From assembly GCA_000004985.1 (NCBI GenBank), contig GG738879.1: a stretch of DNA of 64,000 nt, one strand, 5' to 3'. A model generated the notes under the pieces. The model was not told the DNA's origin, ran no database searches, and was given only the letters and a program-made list of their open reading frames with translations. This document shows positions 35,462 to 46,328 of this stretch, piece by piece (positions within the stretch are counted from its first letter, which is position 1; each line of letters starts with the position of its first letter). This stretch comes from Naegleria gruberi (Eukaryota). The position numbers were made by a program, and so were the translations under genes.

Positions 35462-35532
35462 GAAGGGAGATAGTTCAGTGGTAGAACATGGGATTGTGGT
35501 TCCTAAGATCAGGGTTCGATTCCCTGTCTTCC
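35462..35532 (+). tRNA. tRNA-His (anticodon GTG)
   Basis: AGGGAGATAGTTCAGTGGTAGAACATGGGATTGTGGTTCCTAAGATCAGGGTTCGATTCCCTGTCTTCCTA. Acceptor AGGGAGA/TCTTCCT, anticodon loop tTGTGgt, T-arm CAGGGTTCGATTCCCTG, discriminator A. The G-1 is not encoded, as is usual in eukaryotes. Confidence 0.85.
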
Positions 35533-35589
35533 TACACCTTTTTAAATATTAATAATACAAGTTTATTGTAAGGCAGAGTCCAATTTAAA

Positions 35590-36606
35590 TTACATCATGG
35601 TACAAGCTCCCTTCTTTCTCTTTTTCACCTTATTCATAATTTGGACAGCACAATCCATAAAGCTCTCCTCAACATTTGTTCTAGTTTTTGCAGAAGTTTC
35701 AAAGAAGGTAATATTTCCAAACTTTTTGGCAACTTCACGTCCTTCATCTGCTGAAACAACTCGTTCATTCTTCAAATCTGCCTTATTACCAACCAAGACA
35801 ACTGCTGTCTCACTTGCTAAATTACGATATTCATCAGCATTGTCAAATTCTTTAGCTTGAGCAATTTGTTCAAGGAATGAATAAACTTCATCAAATGAAT
35901 TCCTATTAGTGACACTATAAACAATGACGAAACCTTCTCCTTGTCTAATATATTGATCACGAAGTGTACTATTTCAATGTGACATTTCCACACAAATTAA
36001 AATGATCGTTAGTTTCCAACATGATATATAGTGACACATACCAAAATTCTTCCTGTCCTATTTACGTGCCAACAACAATCACACAAAATATTTGGAAATT
36101 ATTTGACGTTCTCTATGAACAACAATTTCCACACAACAACTTACCAGCAGTATCCAATATATCCAAAATTACTGGTTTTTTTTCAATATGTGTATCTTTT
36201 CGGTATCTTCATCATCAAATATATTAAATTTGTAATATAAATATATATTAACAATTATCATATGTGTTGATTATGACAATAAATATTATATAATAAATAA
36301 TTTAGTGTGATGATGTAAATTTGATGATGTAAAATTTGTACAAATCCACAAATAATAATAATAACAAGAATTGTTATTCATGATGAATTTCTAATAAATT
36401 AATAACATACGAATCTTCCAAGGTCGGATCATATTGTTCTACAAATACATTTTGAATAAGTTGGACGATGAGAGCTGATTTTCCTACACCTCCTAATTTC
36501 CATGTTAAACATTCCAATAATTTAGACGAAACATACCTGAACCGAAAACAACAATTTTCAATTCTTCTGGTTGCTCCTTTGCGTTCTTGTCCTTCTTTGG
36601 TGGCAT
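35590..36606 (-). CDS. Ras-subfamily small GTPase with a CAAX box (CTMM); 5 exons, join(36537..36606,36411..36492,36145..36206,36042..36057,35590..35968), including a 16-nt micro-exon
   Basis: Exon 1 [23 protein letters not shown]|G. Exon 2 [27 protein letters not shown]. Exon 3 [21 protein letters not shown]. Exon 4 (gacaggaagaattttg) supplies (G)QEEF(C). Exon 5 [19 protein letters not shown]...[11 protein letters not shown]...[12 protein letters not shown]...[11 protein letters not shown]. Donors are GTATGT, GTATGT, GTAAGT, GTATGT. Introns are 44, 204, 81 and 67 nt. Phases 1-2-1-2 were checked against ORFs 36374..36823 and 35590..35796. Confidence 0.8.
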
Positions 36607-37641
36607 GTATGAAATATTTTATTGTTATCGTGTAAATGTTTGACAAGTGGCATGGGACAGGGAACTGTTTTCCAATATTCCTTCGGAAGATAAGCTGAAC
36701 TGTTAATATTATTGTAACCGGTGGCCTTTCAACTTGTTTGGTCAATTGTTGATTGGTTTGATCAGATCTGTAAATCGATAGATCTGTTAAATGTGTTGTA
36801 AATATTATAAGTGTACACAACAAGCATTGAGAATTAACTGATTATAAATTGTTGTTGTTGTAATAGACTGATAGTTGCACAGTTCCAATTGTAAGCTGTT
36901 TCACTTTTGGAATTAGGCGGTTAAGTGGTTATTCGAATCTTCAACGTGAGATTTGTGAGAGGAGTGATTCACCCTCAAGATAATTTTGAAAGTGCTTGAA
37001 TTTCTTTAAACGAATCAAAAGGAAATTTGCTAACTATTTCTTCCAGTCCAATAAAATATTAATAATATTCGAAAGGGATAATGAAAACCATTCACACAGC
37101 CATGGTTGCAACAAAGTTTCACCCACTGATGCATTAACAGAATATCTAATCACGAATCATCACCTTAATCTACTATCTCTGCAATGGCTTGTACTAATTC
37201 ATCATTACTTTCGTAATTCTTGGTTTTTCATTCTCACTATGAAAAGGGTTAGAAAGCAAATATATGGGGAAGGTGATTTTCCTCCTAACCTAATTTACAC
37301 TTTAACTCCAGGAATGTTTGGCGTTTACCTCCAATTTCCAATCAAACATCCTCAAAATATGGGATTCTGTATCCGAAACTAATTGAAAGAATTTAAATAA
37401 CCACAGTAAAAAGAAAAAGCAACACCGCATCATTAAATATATTAACTCACATTACGCAAGCTTTGGATTTCTATCACCACCTTGCTTGTGTTTCTTCTAA
37501 TTAATACGAAACTGTTGCTTTCACTCATCATCAATTTTACCTTGTACTTTTAACACAATAGAGATTAATAGACTCACACTAACAACAACCAAATACTAAT
37601 ACCACAAATGTCATCATTACCCATCTCCTATACCGGCTATT

Positions 37642-39570
37642 GTGACGACGAAAGCAACAGAGAATCATCACATCTTGATTCCCAGTCCATCATCCATACT
37701 ATTGCTCAATAATAATAGTCCTCATTCTCATCATTTGCATCATCCACAACAACACCAACAGCAGCATCAACATCCAAATCATCACAATCACCGATCCATT
37801 ACCATGAGTATGCTTCAACATCAACAATTGGTCGAGTGTTTTGCTCAAGATCAGATCGATCTGGAGAGCGTTTCATCGTCCTATTGTTGTTCACCTCCGT
37901 CTGCTTCCTCCTCCATGCTACCTGCTACAGCTGCACACCATCACGATGAAACAACTTCTTCTTCTTGTGGCTCGGCTAGTCTTGATGTTGGTAGAAATAA
38001 TTATCTGCACCATCATCATCATCAGAAAGGTTCCTTCGACTCGTTCGATTCCAATCATACGAATTCATCATCGGTATCGGCTGTTGTGGATGAGCGATTA
38101 TTATTATCATCATCGAGGAATGATTCCTTCTCTTCCTTTCATTTGATGGAGGAACAGCCTATTTTCATTCATTCACCATCCAATTCTATTTATTCACCCT
38201 CAGAGGAACATGTTCTCTCATCAAGCCTTGATAATAATAATAATGCGATAACACTTAATAACAATTCTAACAATTCTAATAATGATAAAGTAAAAGAGTT
38301 CAGCAAGTTATCATTTACTAATAACAGTACTAATAATCAACATTACAATAATCCACCAACTATTCGATCATCTCCAAGAGATATCAAATCAATTGCCACA
38401 AGTAAAGTTGCCTACTCTCTCAATGATACCAAATCTACTCAATCCAAAGGTCAGATCGAAGAAGGAATATCAGAATTGGAACAATTATTTGCCTCTAGAA
38501 GAGCTTTCAATTCACTTTCGAAAAAGTATTCAACAGATAACTTGCTTAAAGAACAAAAGAAGAGAAACAAACATTCCACTGATAAGGATCATTTACTATT
38601 GCTACAACAGCAACATCAACCTTCTTTGACAAGTGCCTCTTCATTTACTGCCACTACTTCTACATCATTCCTGGAACCATCCTCCAATGCCATTCGTTCA
38701 ACCAAGTCAACTTCATGTCTTTCACCATCTTCCCCAATTAGTGATTCATTTGAAGAGATCAAGTCAATAATTCAAGCTTACTATAATTACGAGTCCTTTG
38801 TTGAGAGTGCAGATGGGAGAGAAGAATTAAGATTATATTTGAGGAAGAGACATAATGAAGAGATGTTATTAATGTTGGAAACTAGAATTACCTTTCTGAG
38901 TTTCTATGAGGAAGGTTCTAATTTCTATGTGGGAAGAAGAGCTCTGTTAAAAGTGAAAGAATTTCAAATGATTTATTCTCAATTCATTGATACCAATTCT
39001 CAATTCTGTATTAATATTGATTCAAGTATAAGAAACAAATTTGTAAAGCTCAACCCTCGAGTGAATAAGGTTAATACAGAAGAAGAGGCTGCTCTTCTAG
39101 TGAAGGAAATTGATGAATGTTTGGACACGCTTCATTTTAGTGTATCACTTCAGGTCAAGACTGAAATTTTCTCACAATTCAAAAAAACGGAGGAATTTCA
39201 AACTTTCATTCTTTCAAAAATTATAGAACTCCAAGGAAAGAAAGCTTGGGAAGGACTTGAACGTCAAAATGGTACATCATTACATGACAGTCCATCCAAT
39301 CATGGAGGATTTTTCTCCTTCCTAAAGAAAAACCCTCAAAATTCAGCCATCAAGAAATTTGAAGAGAAATTAATTGAGGAATTTCTGATAGAAAATGAGC
39401 TCGCTGAATATTGTGGACAATTCAGAAAGAAAAAACTCTACACTCTAAGCCAAATCCAAAACTACTCTTGTGATGATTATCTAAAGTTGGGTGTTATCAA
39501 AGTTACTCATCAGACCCGATTAATTCGTCTCGTTGGACAATATTTCAAATCCTATTGTAATAAGAATTAA
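37642..39570 (+). CDS. RGS-domain plus C-terminal SAM-domain protein with a Gln/His/Ser/Asn-rich N-terminal half (5' end uncertain)
   Basis: RGS-like region IKSIIQAYYNYESFVESADGREELRLYLRKRHNEEMLLMLETRITFLSFYE...FQMIYSQFIDTNSQFCINIDSSIRNKF. SAM-like C-terminus EFLIENELAEYCGQFRKKKLYTLSQIQNYSCDDYLKLGVIKVTHQTRLIRLVGQYF. The ORF-track start 37642 is a GTG. The first in-frame ATG is at ~37804 (MSMLQHQQ). A short upstream ATG exon is possible. Confidence 0.55.
   Translation: MTTKATENHHILIPSPSSILLLNNNSPHSHHLHHPQQHQQQHQHPNHHNHRSITMSMLQHQQLVECFAQDQIDLESVSSSYCCSPPSASSSMLPATAAHHHDETTSSSCGSASLDVGRNNYLHHHHHQKGSFDSFDSNHTNSSSVSAVVDERLLLSSSRNDSFSSFHLMEEQPIFIHSPSNSIYSPSEEHVLSSSLDNNNNAITLNNNSNNSNNDKVKEFSKLSFTNNSTNNQHYNNPPTIRSSPRDIKSIATSKVAYSLNDTKSTQSKGQIEEGISELEQLFASRRAFNSLSKKYSTDNLLKEQKKRNKHSTDKDHLLLLQQQHQPSLTSASSFTATTSTSFLEPSSNAIRSTKSTSCLSPSSPISDSFEEIKSIIQAYYNYESFVESADGREELRLYLRKRHNEEMLLMLETRITFLSFYEEGSNFYVGRRALLKVKEFQMIYSQFIDTNSQFCINIDSSIRNKFVKLNPRVNKVNTEEEAALLVKEIDECLDTLHFSVSLQVKTEIFSQFKKTEEFQTFILSKIIELQGKKAWEGLERQNGTSLHDSPSNHGGFFSFLKKNPQNSAIKKFEEKLIEEFLIENELAEYCGQFRKKKLYTLSQIQNYSCDDYLKLGVIKVTHQTRLIRLVGQYFKSYCNKN
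37690..37830 (+). repeat. CAN-type codon repeats (poly-Gln/His) in the RGS-SAM gene
   Basis: catcatttgcatcatccacaacaacaccaacagcagcatcaacatccaaatcatcacaatcac... Confidence 0.5.
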
Positions 39571-40575
39571 TAAATACATCATTCCCATCACCTCATTCCA
39601 GTGTTGTATTCATGAAATTTCTCAATCACTTGATGAATAATTTTCACGTGAAATCTTGCATTATCCTAGGCAATTAATATCACCAAATATGGTCATATTT
39701 TTGGTAGTGACATAATTTCAAAAGCACATTTTTTTGCAGTCCAAAGCGAAAAACTCAAAAAGCATTTTTCAACGTATTTGTATGCATCGCTTCGGAGAGA
39801 TGAACATGTGAGAGAACAAATCCATGTGCCTTATTAAAATTGTTCTGTTTTAACCTCCTTAATGAGCCTATAACTGTAGATTCGTTTTACAAGTTTTCAA
39901 ATCGTTTTTTGCATCCTTCTCGAAATGTTGGTGTTGTATAGATTTTTATCCTTCACACATGTGTGATCATCAGTTTGATTGTCAAATGTTACAGCAATTG
40001 TTTAACTATTTTATTTGACAATCTCACAAATTGAATTAATGAGCTTATTTCGAAGTTATTAAATTCACCGAGATGAAGAATCATCATTTTAAAAAGGTGC
40101 CTCATTAACAAACTCAATATCTATTCGAATCAAACGATCGATACAATCTAACAACAACCAATTAATTGTAAGGACCAATTATACATGACGATACAGTTCT
40201 TTTGATTCTCAATCTTGTTTCCTAAAGAGATAACATCCCAACTGCTCTACCTTTTACAAAACAGAGTTTTACTGTGGTGATTGTTTGTTCGCCTCTTTTG
40301 TCCAAAAACGTTTTTCGCCGTGTTTTTTTGGTCAGCCAAAATACAAACAAACAAATAGATGGCAATAAAAGCAGTTTCTTTTGGAGAATATCATCATAGC
40401 ACTATAAAAAACAACGAAACAACTCACTCTCTGGTGACAAAGACGACCACAACTCTCTATTCTCTCACTGCATCATCTCTCTCTAATTGTTATAGTCCCT
40501 CATCATTTCTCATCGTTCATCATCAGCAGAGCAGTGTTCCCAATCATCAGTAACACCACATCATCAGAGAATCTA

Positions 40576-41907
40576 ATGTCCTCACCAACAACTCACTCTA
40601 GTACATCTGGCACTAGCGATGAAGCCATGCCAAATGGAAATCCTAACGATTGTACTTGTCCTACAAATATTAATAATAACATTGTTGGTTCCACTATTAT
40701 TGATGAAGAACTCATCAGGAGAATTGAGGAGGCTCATCAGAATGACCCTAAAATTATTCAATGTTGTAGTACCAATGAAAAGACTGATATTAAACCAATG
40801 CAACAAACCCATGCATTTGAGCAAAAGGAGCTCGATAGAACTCAACAATTACTTGAAACGGCCCTCATTTCTATTATCCAAAAGTATCAAGCACCAAAAC
40901 AAGAACAACAACCAATTATACCAACACCTCTCCCTGTTACTTTACCTCTACCAATAACTATTAATCCACCTAATGTTCTTCAAGATATGATGTGTGCTGC
41001 AGGTGAAAAGAAGGCTAAAGAATCACTTGATCAAGTAATTATCTTGTCATTACTATCCGGTGTTTTTGTTGGTTTTGGTGGTATTGCCTCAATGAAAACT
41101 GGTGGCAGTATGGCCGGATGGGATGCTACCAATCCAGGTTTTGGAAGACTGATCTTCTCAGGTGTTTTTACTGTCGGTTTAATGTTGGTTATTGTTGCAG
41201 GAAGTGAATTATTTACTAGTAATAGTATGGTTATGTTTGTTGCCATGTTGAGAAGAAAGGTTAATGCTTGGCAATTGTGCAAGAATTTGGTTATTTCTCT
41301 CACTTTTAACGTTTTGGGCGCTTTTATTATTTGTTACTTTTTAATGTATTTACCAACTACAGAAAAGGAAATGCACACGGCTCCATTTGTTACGTATGCC
41401 AAATCTCTCGGTGAAAAGAAAGTTTCTCGTTCTCATGGTCTTACTATTCTCTTGGGTATTGGTTGCAATTGGTTGGTTTGTCTTGCTGTCTACATGACCT
41501 ATGCTTCACATATTCTGGTTGACAAATTGATTGCCTTATTCATGCCAATTTTGGCCTTTGTTGCTGGTGGTTTTGAACATTCAGTTGCAAATGGCTTCTT
41601 TATTCCATTAGCAATGTTATACGGTAGTCCAATTACCATGTACGATTTTTTGGTTACCAACTTGATGCCTGCCACACTGGGTAACTTGCTTGGTGGTGCC
41701 TTCTTTGTTGGTATGTGTTTCTGGTACACTCATGGTGTTAGACTTGAAAATATTTACTACTTTGATACCAAATTTACCTTAAAGGCAAGAGAAACTATTG
41801 CTAGACCAATTTTGAATTTGTGGGATAGGGTTGCTGCTCTCAACCCATTCCTCAAGCAAGAAAATCAAGCTCAATCTGCTATTGAGCTTGCTGATCAAAA
41901 AGTGTAA
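40576..41907 (+). CDS. formate/nitrite transporter (FNT) family channel with an ~160-aa N-terminal extension
   Basis: FNT core LLSGVFVGFGGIASM...GSELFTSNSMVMFVAML...GCNWLVCLAVYMTYAS...FVAGGFEHSVANGFFIPLAMLYG, with the characteristic GxELFTGN and GFEHSVANMF-like motifs. First ATG in a good context at 40576 (aatctaATGtcc). The ORF-track start 40534 is a GTG. Confidence 0.8.
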   Translation: MSSPTTHSSTSGTSDEAMPNGNPNDCTCPTNINNNIVGSTIIDEELIRRIEEAHQNDPKIIQCCSTNEKTDIKPMQQTHAFEQKELDRTQQLLETALISIIQKYQAPKQEQQPIIPTPLPVTLPLPITINPPNVLQDMMCAAGEKKAKESLDQVIILSLLSGVFVGFGGIASMKTGGSMAGWDATNPGFGRLIFSGVFTVGLMLVIVAGSELFTSNSMVMFVAMLRRKVNAWQLCKNLVISLTFNVLGAFIICYFLMYLPTTEKEMHTAPFVTYAKSLGEKKVSRSHGLTILLGIGCNWLVCLAVYMTYASHILVDKLIALFMPILAFVAGGFEHSVANGFFIPLAMLYGSPITMYDFLVTNLMPATLGNLLGGAFFVGMCFWYTHGVRLENIYYFDTKFTLKARETIARPILNLWDRVAALNPFLKQENQAQSAIELADQKV

Positions 41908-41982
41908 ATAATTAAGTTTTTTTGAAGAGTGTAAAATAACAAGGTTTTGTAAAATAAAAGAAAATTCGAATGAAATCCTTCT

Positions 41983-43359
41983 TCACTTTTTACTTGTACT
42001 GGAAAATCTATTGGTTGAGTGTGAAAGTGCAATAAACAATCCTAAATTCAATAATGCCAGAGTTGCACAACTGCTCAGTGAATTTGGCCCGACCAAAATA
42101 TTTCCATACCTCTTGTCATGAGCATTAGAAACGTCTGATAAATATTGAGATAATCCACCCATGGCCTCATAAATTCCTCTAGCAAATGACGATATAATTC
42201 CATAATCACGAATAGTATTGGTCTCATTCTTAATCTTTTGTGTTACAAAACAAAGTAGAGGTGAAAGCAAAGTATGACTTAAAACCATTGGAATAACACC
42301 CCATCTCGAATTATTTGCTCCATAATTAATACCTGCCAATGTAAGAGGTACATTCCACAAGCCAGAAATAAATCCAATCAACATTGAATTTTTAAAGAAT
42401 TCTAATGTATCAATAGCATCCTTCCTCTTTTCAAGCTTTTCAATTTTGATCAGTCTATTCCACATAAAATCTCTCCATCCTCTTTCTTCACCCCAATAGC
42501 AAAGAGTATTCATAGAAATACCATGACCTAATGATAAAAAGTAGGAGCTTAAAAACAGGGAAGTATATTTTTTCTTCTCTAAGGTTTCTATTAATTGTTG
42601 ATTTACCACTGGATCATGTTTATATTCATCCAAAACTAGGTTCGATGTGGCTGAATATTTTACATTAGGCACCAATCGATTACCAATTAGAATATTTATG
42701 AATGGAGTGAGGGAGGTCAAGAGTAATAATCTAGGAAATGATTGCTCAATAAATAGTTTCTTTAAAAAATTATAAAATCCAGAAAATATTCCCCTTCCAT
42801 CCTGTTTAGATTTGCGAAATGGAAGAATTGTACTATCTTTCTCATATACAGAGTGGTCATACTCAGAAATTCCAATCCAATCCAATATCTCAGCAATAAC
42901 AGCTGGTGAGTAAATAGTCGTAAGGAAAAAAGCAATTTTTGTTAATATTCCACTCTTCTCCAATACATGCGAATAATCATGAGAGCAAATAGCCAATCCA
43001 CTCATCACCACTCCATTACAGGAAATAAATCTAATCACATCCCTCCTCATGCAATCAATTGTTTTTTCCACATTCTTCCTATCGAAAATCATATTCTCCG
43101 ATTCCCTTTCCCTCATCAAACTCTTCATCATGTAATAAATTTCATTCAACACAGCAACTCCCAAACTTCCCTTCAACATTGCCTTAAGAAGAGTAGAGTT
43201 TGATATTCCGTTATTTCCCTCTCCTCCATGCTCCAAAAAACAAATCAAATCAGAGGAAATTTTGGCGAGAAAATCTTTAGCTTGAAGAGACATTTTTTTT
43301 AATATATTCTTTTGTAAACTTTTGATCTCGTGCAATTTTAAGGTATTTAAGAAGGACAT
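41983..43359 (-). CDS. hypothetical protein (458 aa), no confident family
   Basis: Single ORF with an ATG start. Several moderately hydrophobic stretches (FISGLWNVPLTLAGINYG, LALLNLGLFIALSH). No recognisable catalytic motif. Confidence 0.4.
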   Translation of the reverse strand: MSFLNTLKLHEIKSLQKNILKKMSLQAKDFLAKISSDLICFLEHGGEGNNGISNSTLLKAMLKGSLGVAVLNEIYYMMKSLMRERESENMIFDRKNVEKTIDCMRRDVIRFISCNGVVMSGLAICSHDYSHVLEKSGILTKIAFFLTTIYSPAVIAEILDWIGISEYDHSVYEKDSTILPFRKSKQDGRGIFSGFYNFLKKLFIEQSFPRLLLLTSLTPFINILIGNRLVPNVKYSATSNLVLDEYKHDPVVNQQLIETLEKKKYTSLFLSSYFLSLGHGISMNTLCYWGEERGWRDFMWNRLIKIEKLEKRKDAIDTLEFFKNSMLIGFISGLWNVPLTLAGINYGANNSRWGVIPMVLSHTLLSPLLCFVTQKIKNETNTIRDYGIISSFARGIYEAMGGLSQYLSDVSNAHDKRYGNILVGPNSLSSCATLALLNLGLFIALSHSTNRFSSTSKK

Positions 43360-43488
43360 TTTGAATTCGTGTTCATAATGTCGTCATTGAAACGTGGCAT
43401 GATGTGGTTTTTCAAAAATTTAAATTCTCTTTATTTTACAAAAAAAGGCCGCATTTGCACATTTCAATATTATTGAAAATGATGATTA

Positions 43489-44997
43489 TTAAATAATGAC
43501 ATTTCCATTTTCTTCGATACTTCTCCACATTTCATTACTCTCCTTACAGAGGAATCCTCTCTTTTCATTAATCTTGATATATTTCGTACCAAGTTTGAGG
43601 AAACTCTTTGCTCTATCTTTCAATATAGTCTTCACTACACCTCTTGGAATATTTCCTTTGAAATCCAAATAGAAAATCTGAGAGTAACGACATGTATTCT
43701 CATCGATTGCCTGGAATGCCCAACCACCCATTGAAACTGCTCTGACTACGCCCTTCTTTGGTTCACTTGGTGCCTTATTTGTTACACAACTCTTCTTACC
43801 AATATAGTAAGTATTGGTTGATGTATCAAATACACCACTGGATGAGACAATAAATTCTCTTGGATTGAATGGCCAAACTAATTTGTAAATTTCTCTTGTC
43901 ACTGAAGAGGCCATCAATGAAGAACCAGTTACTGGTCCATCTGTTGCCTTCTTTTCAACATAATTCAATTGTTCAATTTCACACAAATTACCATCATATT
44001 GCAATCTGTATTCCTTTTCAAAAATTGTATTCATAACATGCTTAATATTAAATGGAAAGGTACAATCAAATTTGAAGAAATTCAACCCAATTGACTCTCC
44101 CATATCATAACTCTTTTTTGAAAAGTAACATTTGTGATGTTTGCTACTTCCAATCACTTCCCATTCGTTAGGATCATAATTTGAGAGTTGCATCTTTAAG
44201 AACTTGAAATCGTTAATGCTGAAACTTTCATTTTTCAAATCACCCAAAGATTCTACATAGAATAATTGAGAATCTTCTTTAACACTACCAATTTCGTATA
44301 AAACTTTCAATGGTTGAGTTTTAAGATAGGTTTTAAAGTAATCACTCTCAAGAAAACTCTTGAAATTATTCTCTTTTAAGCTTAGCAAGACCGATGATTC
44401 AACTTCATCAAATAAATTCTTTGGACAATTGAGACCGTTTGTAGAATTTGATGATAAATTTGAAGCAGAATAATCTGTTGTTGGAGATTTACATCTATTT
44501 GCTATGGTAGAAACACTTTCCGAACTCACTGATGCGGAATCTGTACTGTTAGTTGAATCGAGTGAGTGTCTGGAGACGAAAGGAACAGGTGACCCATTCG
44601 ATTGTGGACTATTTGGATTGTTATTGTTAGCATTACCTCCTGTTGAAGTTCTAGCAGAAACGATTGAAATTGGTGAAGAAGAAACATTATCTGGATTGAG
44701 AACCTTTTGAATCTTGTTTCGAATATCACCTCTCAAGTTTAGTTGTGTATTTGCACCTTCGGCAATAAACCTCTCAAACAAGTCGTGTGCCATTTGAAAT
44801 CTCTTTCTTTCATGTTTAACTTTTCTGTATTCATTTACACATTCTAAAAATTGACAACTTTCTCCATTGAAAGTGGCGCCAAGGTATCCTGTGAAACATT
44901 TAACAGTTGGAGGATGGTCAAAGATAGCTTCAAAATAAATAACGAATTGGTCAATGTCTTGGTCGACAATGAGTCTATCTTTATCATTGAATGACAT
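43489..44997 (-). CDS. RGS-domain (N-terminal) plus START lipid-binding domain (C-terminal) protein
   Basis: N-terminal FVIYFEAIFDHPPTVKCFTGYLGATFNGESCQFLECVNEYRKVKHERKRFQMAHDLFERFIAEGANTQLNL is RGS-like. The C-terminal ~220 aa (WEVIGSSKHHKCYFSK...YRLQYDGNLCEIEQLNYVEKK...WPFNPREFIVSSSGVFD...RAVSMGGWAFQAIDENTCRYSQIFYLDFKGNIPRGVVKTILKDRAKSFLKL) is START-like. A Ser/Asn-rich linker separates them. ATG at 44997. Confidence 0.6.
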   Translation of the reverse strand: MSFNDKDRLIVDQDIDQFVIYFEAIFDHPPTVKCFTGYLGATFNGESCQFLECVNEYRKVKHERKRFQMAHDLFERFIAEGANTQLNLRGDIRNKIQKVLNPDNVSSSPISIVSARTSTGGNANNNNPNSPQSNGSPVPFVSRHSLDSTNSTDSASVSSESVSTIANRCKSPTTDYSASNLSSNSTNGLNCPKNLFDEVESSVLLSLKENNFKSFLESDYFKTYLKTQPLKVLYEIGSVKEDSQLFYVESLGDLKNESFSINDFKFLKMQLSNYDPNEWEVIGSSKHHKCYFSKKSYDMGESIGLNFFKFDCTFPFNIKHVMNTIFEKEYRLQYDGNLCEIEQLNYVEKKATDGPVTGSSLMASSVTREIYKLVWPFNPREFIVSSSGVFDTSTNTYYIGKKSCVTNKAPSEPKKGVVRAVSMGGWAFQAIDENTCRYSQIFYLDFKGNIPRGVVKTILKDRAKSFLKLGTKYIKINEKRGFLCKESNEMWRSIEENGNVII

Positions 44998-46328
44998 TTA
45001 AACTATTATGTTTCGAATAAAAATTGTATGGTCAACACTTGTATTAACTTGTGTAGTAGAATGGATGCGCAGTTGTGTATTCAATATAGGTGAAACACAG
45101 TGTTAAGAGAGGTCGGTTGTTTTTTTTTGAATTATTTTCTTATACACATATTCGATACCTGCTCAATAGCTTTTCCTCACAGAACAGTTGGGTTTATTAA
45201 ACAAACTCAGCAATGCGAAATGCAGAATGGAAACGGGTTGATGTGTTTGAGAGATTCCAAAAAGCAATCATCACATCAAACACCTGTCGCCGGTATTTTT
45301 ATACGAAATTAGAAGGAAAGCCAGAAAATGTCAACTCTTACCAGTTGGGATGTTATTAATACAGATTGTTTGTGCTTTAGATATCGTGGTTTTAGGGGAT
45401 TCTCTTATCGTCTAATTAACACAAAAACAGTAAAAGCCATTGATATAAAAAAGATAACAATACATTACTGTCTAATGGGTTTTTACAAAGATTTACAGTT
45501 GGTTGATTGTAAAGAAATCCACATTTTAATTCAATGGAAGAGAAATGAAGAGTGGAGTGAAATCATGAACTACTTTCGAATGTGAAAAAAGTTTCGTTTT
45601 ACCATTTAAAATTTTTTTAGTGTCCCAGCTTACCATTACCGTCAACACTTCCAATTTTGTAGTGAAGGCAAAAACTCAAAACCTACTGGACGTGAAACAA
45701 GTTTAGCTCCAAGAGGAGTGTAGTTTGTACTATTATTTAACATGATGATGACATCTTGAACATTTGGAAAAATCCAAGTTCCTATTATTATTGTAAACAA
45801 CCATTCAACTGGACATTAATTTCTAGTGATGATCCTCTCATCATCAGTGAAAATAATGGACATACTCATTTAGTGAGAGATATTAATGATTGTAATGAAA
45901 TGGTGTCAGTATCAGCAAACTCATGTTCTGTGTTGTTACATAGATGACACAGTGTTGATAAATTTGATGAAAGATTAGTAACAGAAATCTTTTTGTTTCT
46001 TCAGAAGAAGAAAACTTATCTTCCATTAAATTGTCATTAATGAATTGTGGCATACTAGGTTTTATTGATCAAATACACAACAGACAACCTTTACATGTTT
46101 GCCTTAATAATTTAATATCTAAATAAATGGAAAGAACATAATTTTTTTATTAATATTTAAAAAAAATAAAAGTGTTACGAAAAGTATTCTTTCCTTCAAT
46201 AACCAACAACTTCTACAATAGAATCGAGTTATTCTCCATTAACTACTTGTTATTCAACAAAAGAAATATTACAATCAATACTACAACAACAACAAATACA
46301 TACAACAATCAAGTCTTTTCATAGCAAG

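Noticed and set aside
40359-40553. 64-aa ORF just upstream of the FNT gene as an extra 5' coding exon
   Set aside because: It ends in a stop, is in a different frame from the FNT ORF, and no donor site links them. It is more likely 5' UTR or a uORF.
45100-45947. Small ORFs (45100..45312, 45328..45585, 45756..45947) in the 1.3-kb gap before the TatD gene
   Set aside because: They have no conserved motifs, poor start contexts and AT-rich composition typical of intergenic sequence. They could be unannotated small genes, but nothing in the sequence supports that.
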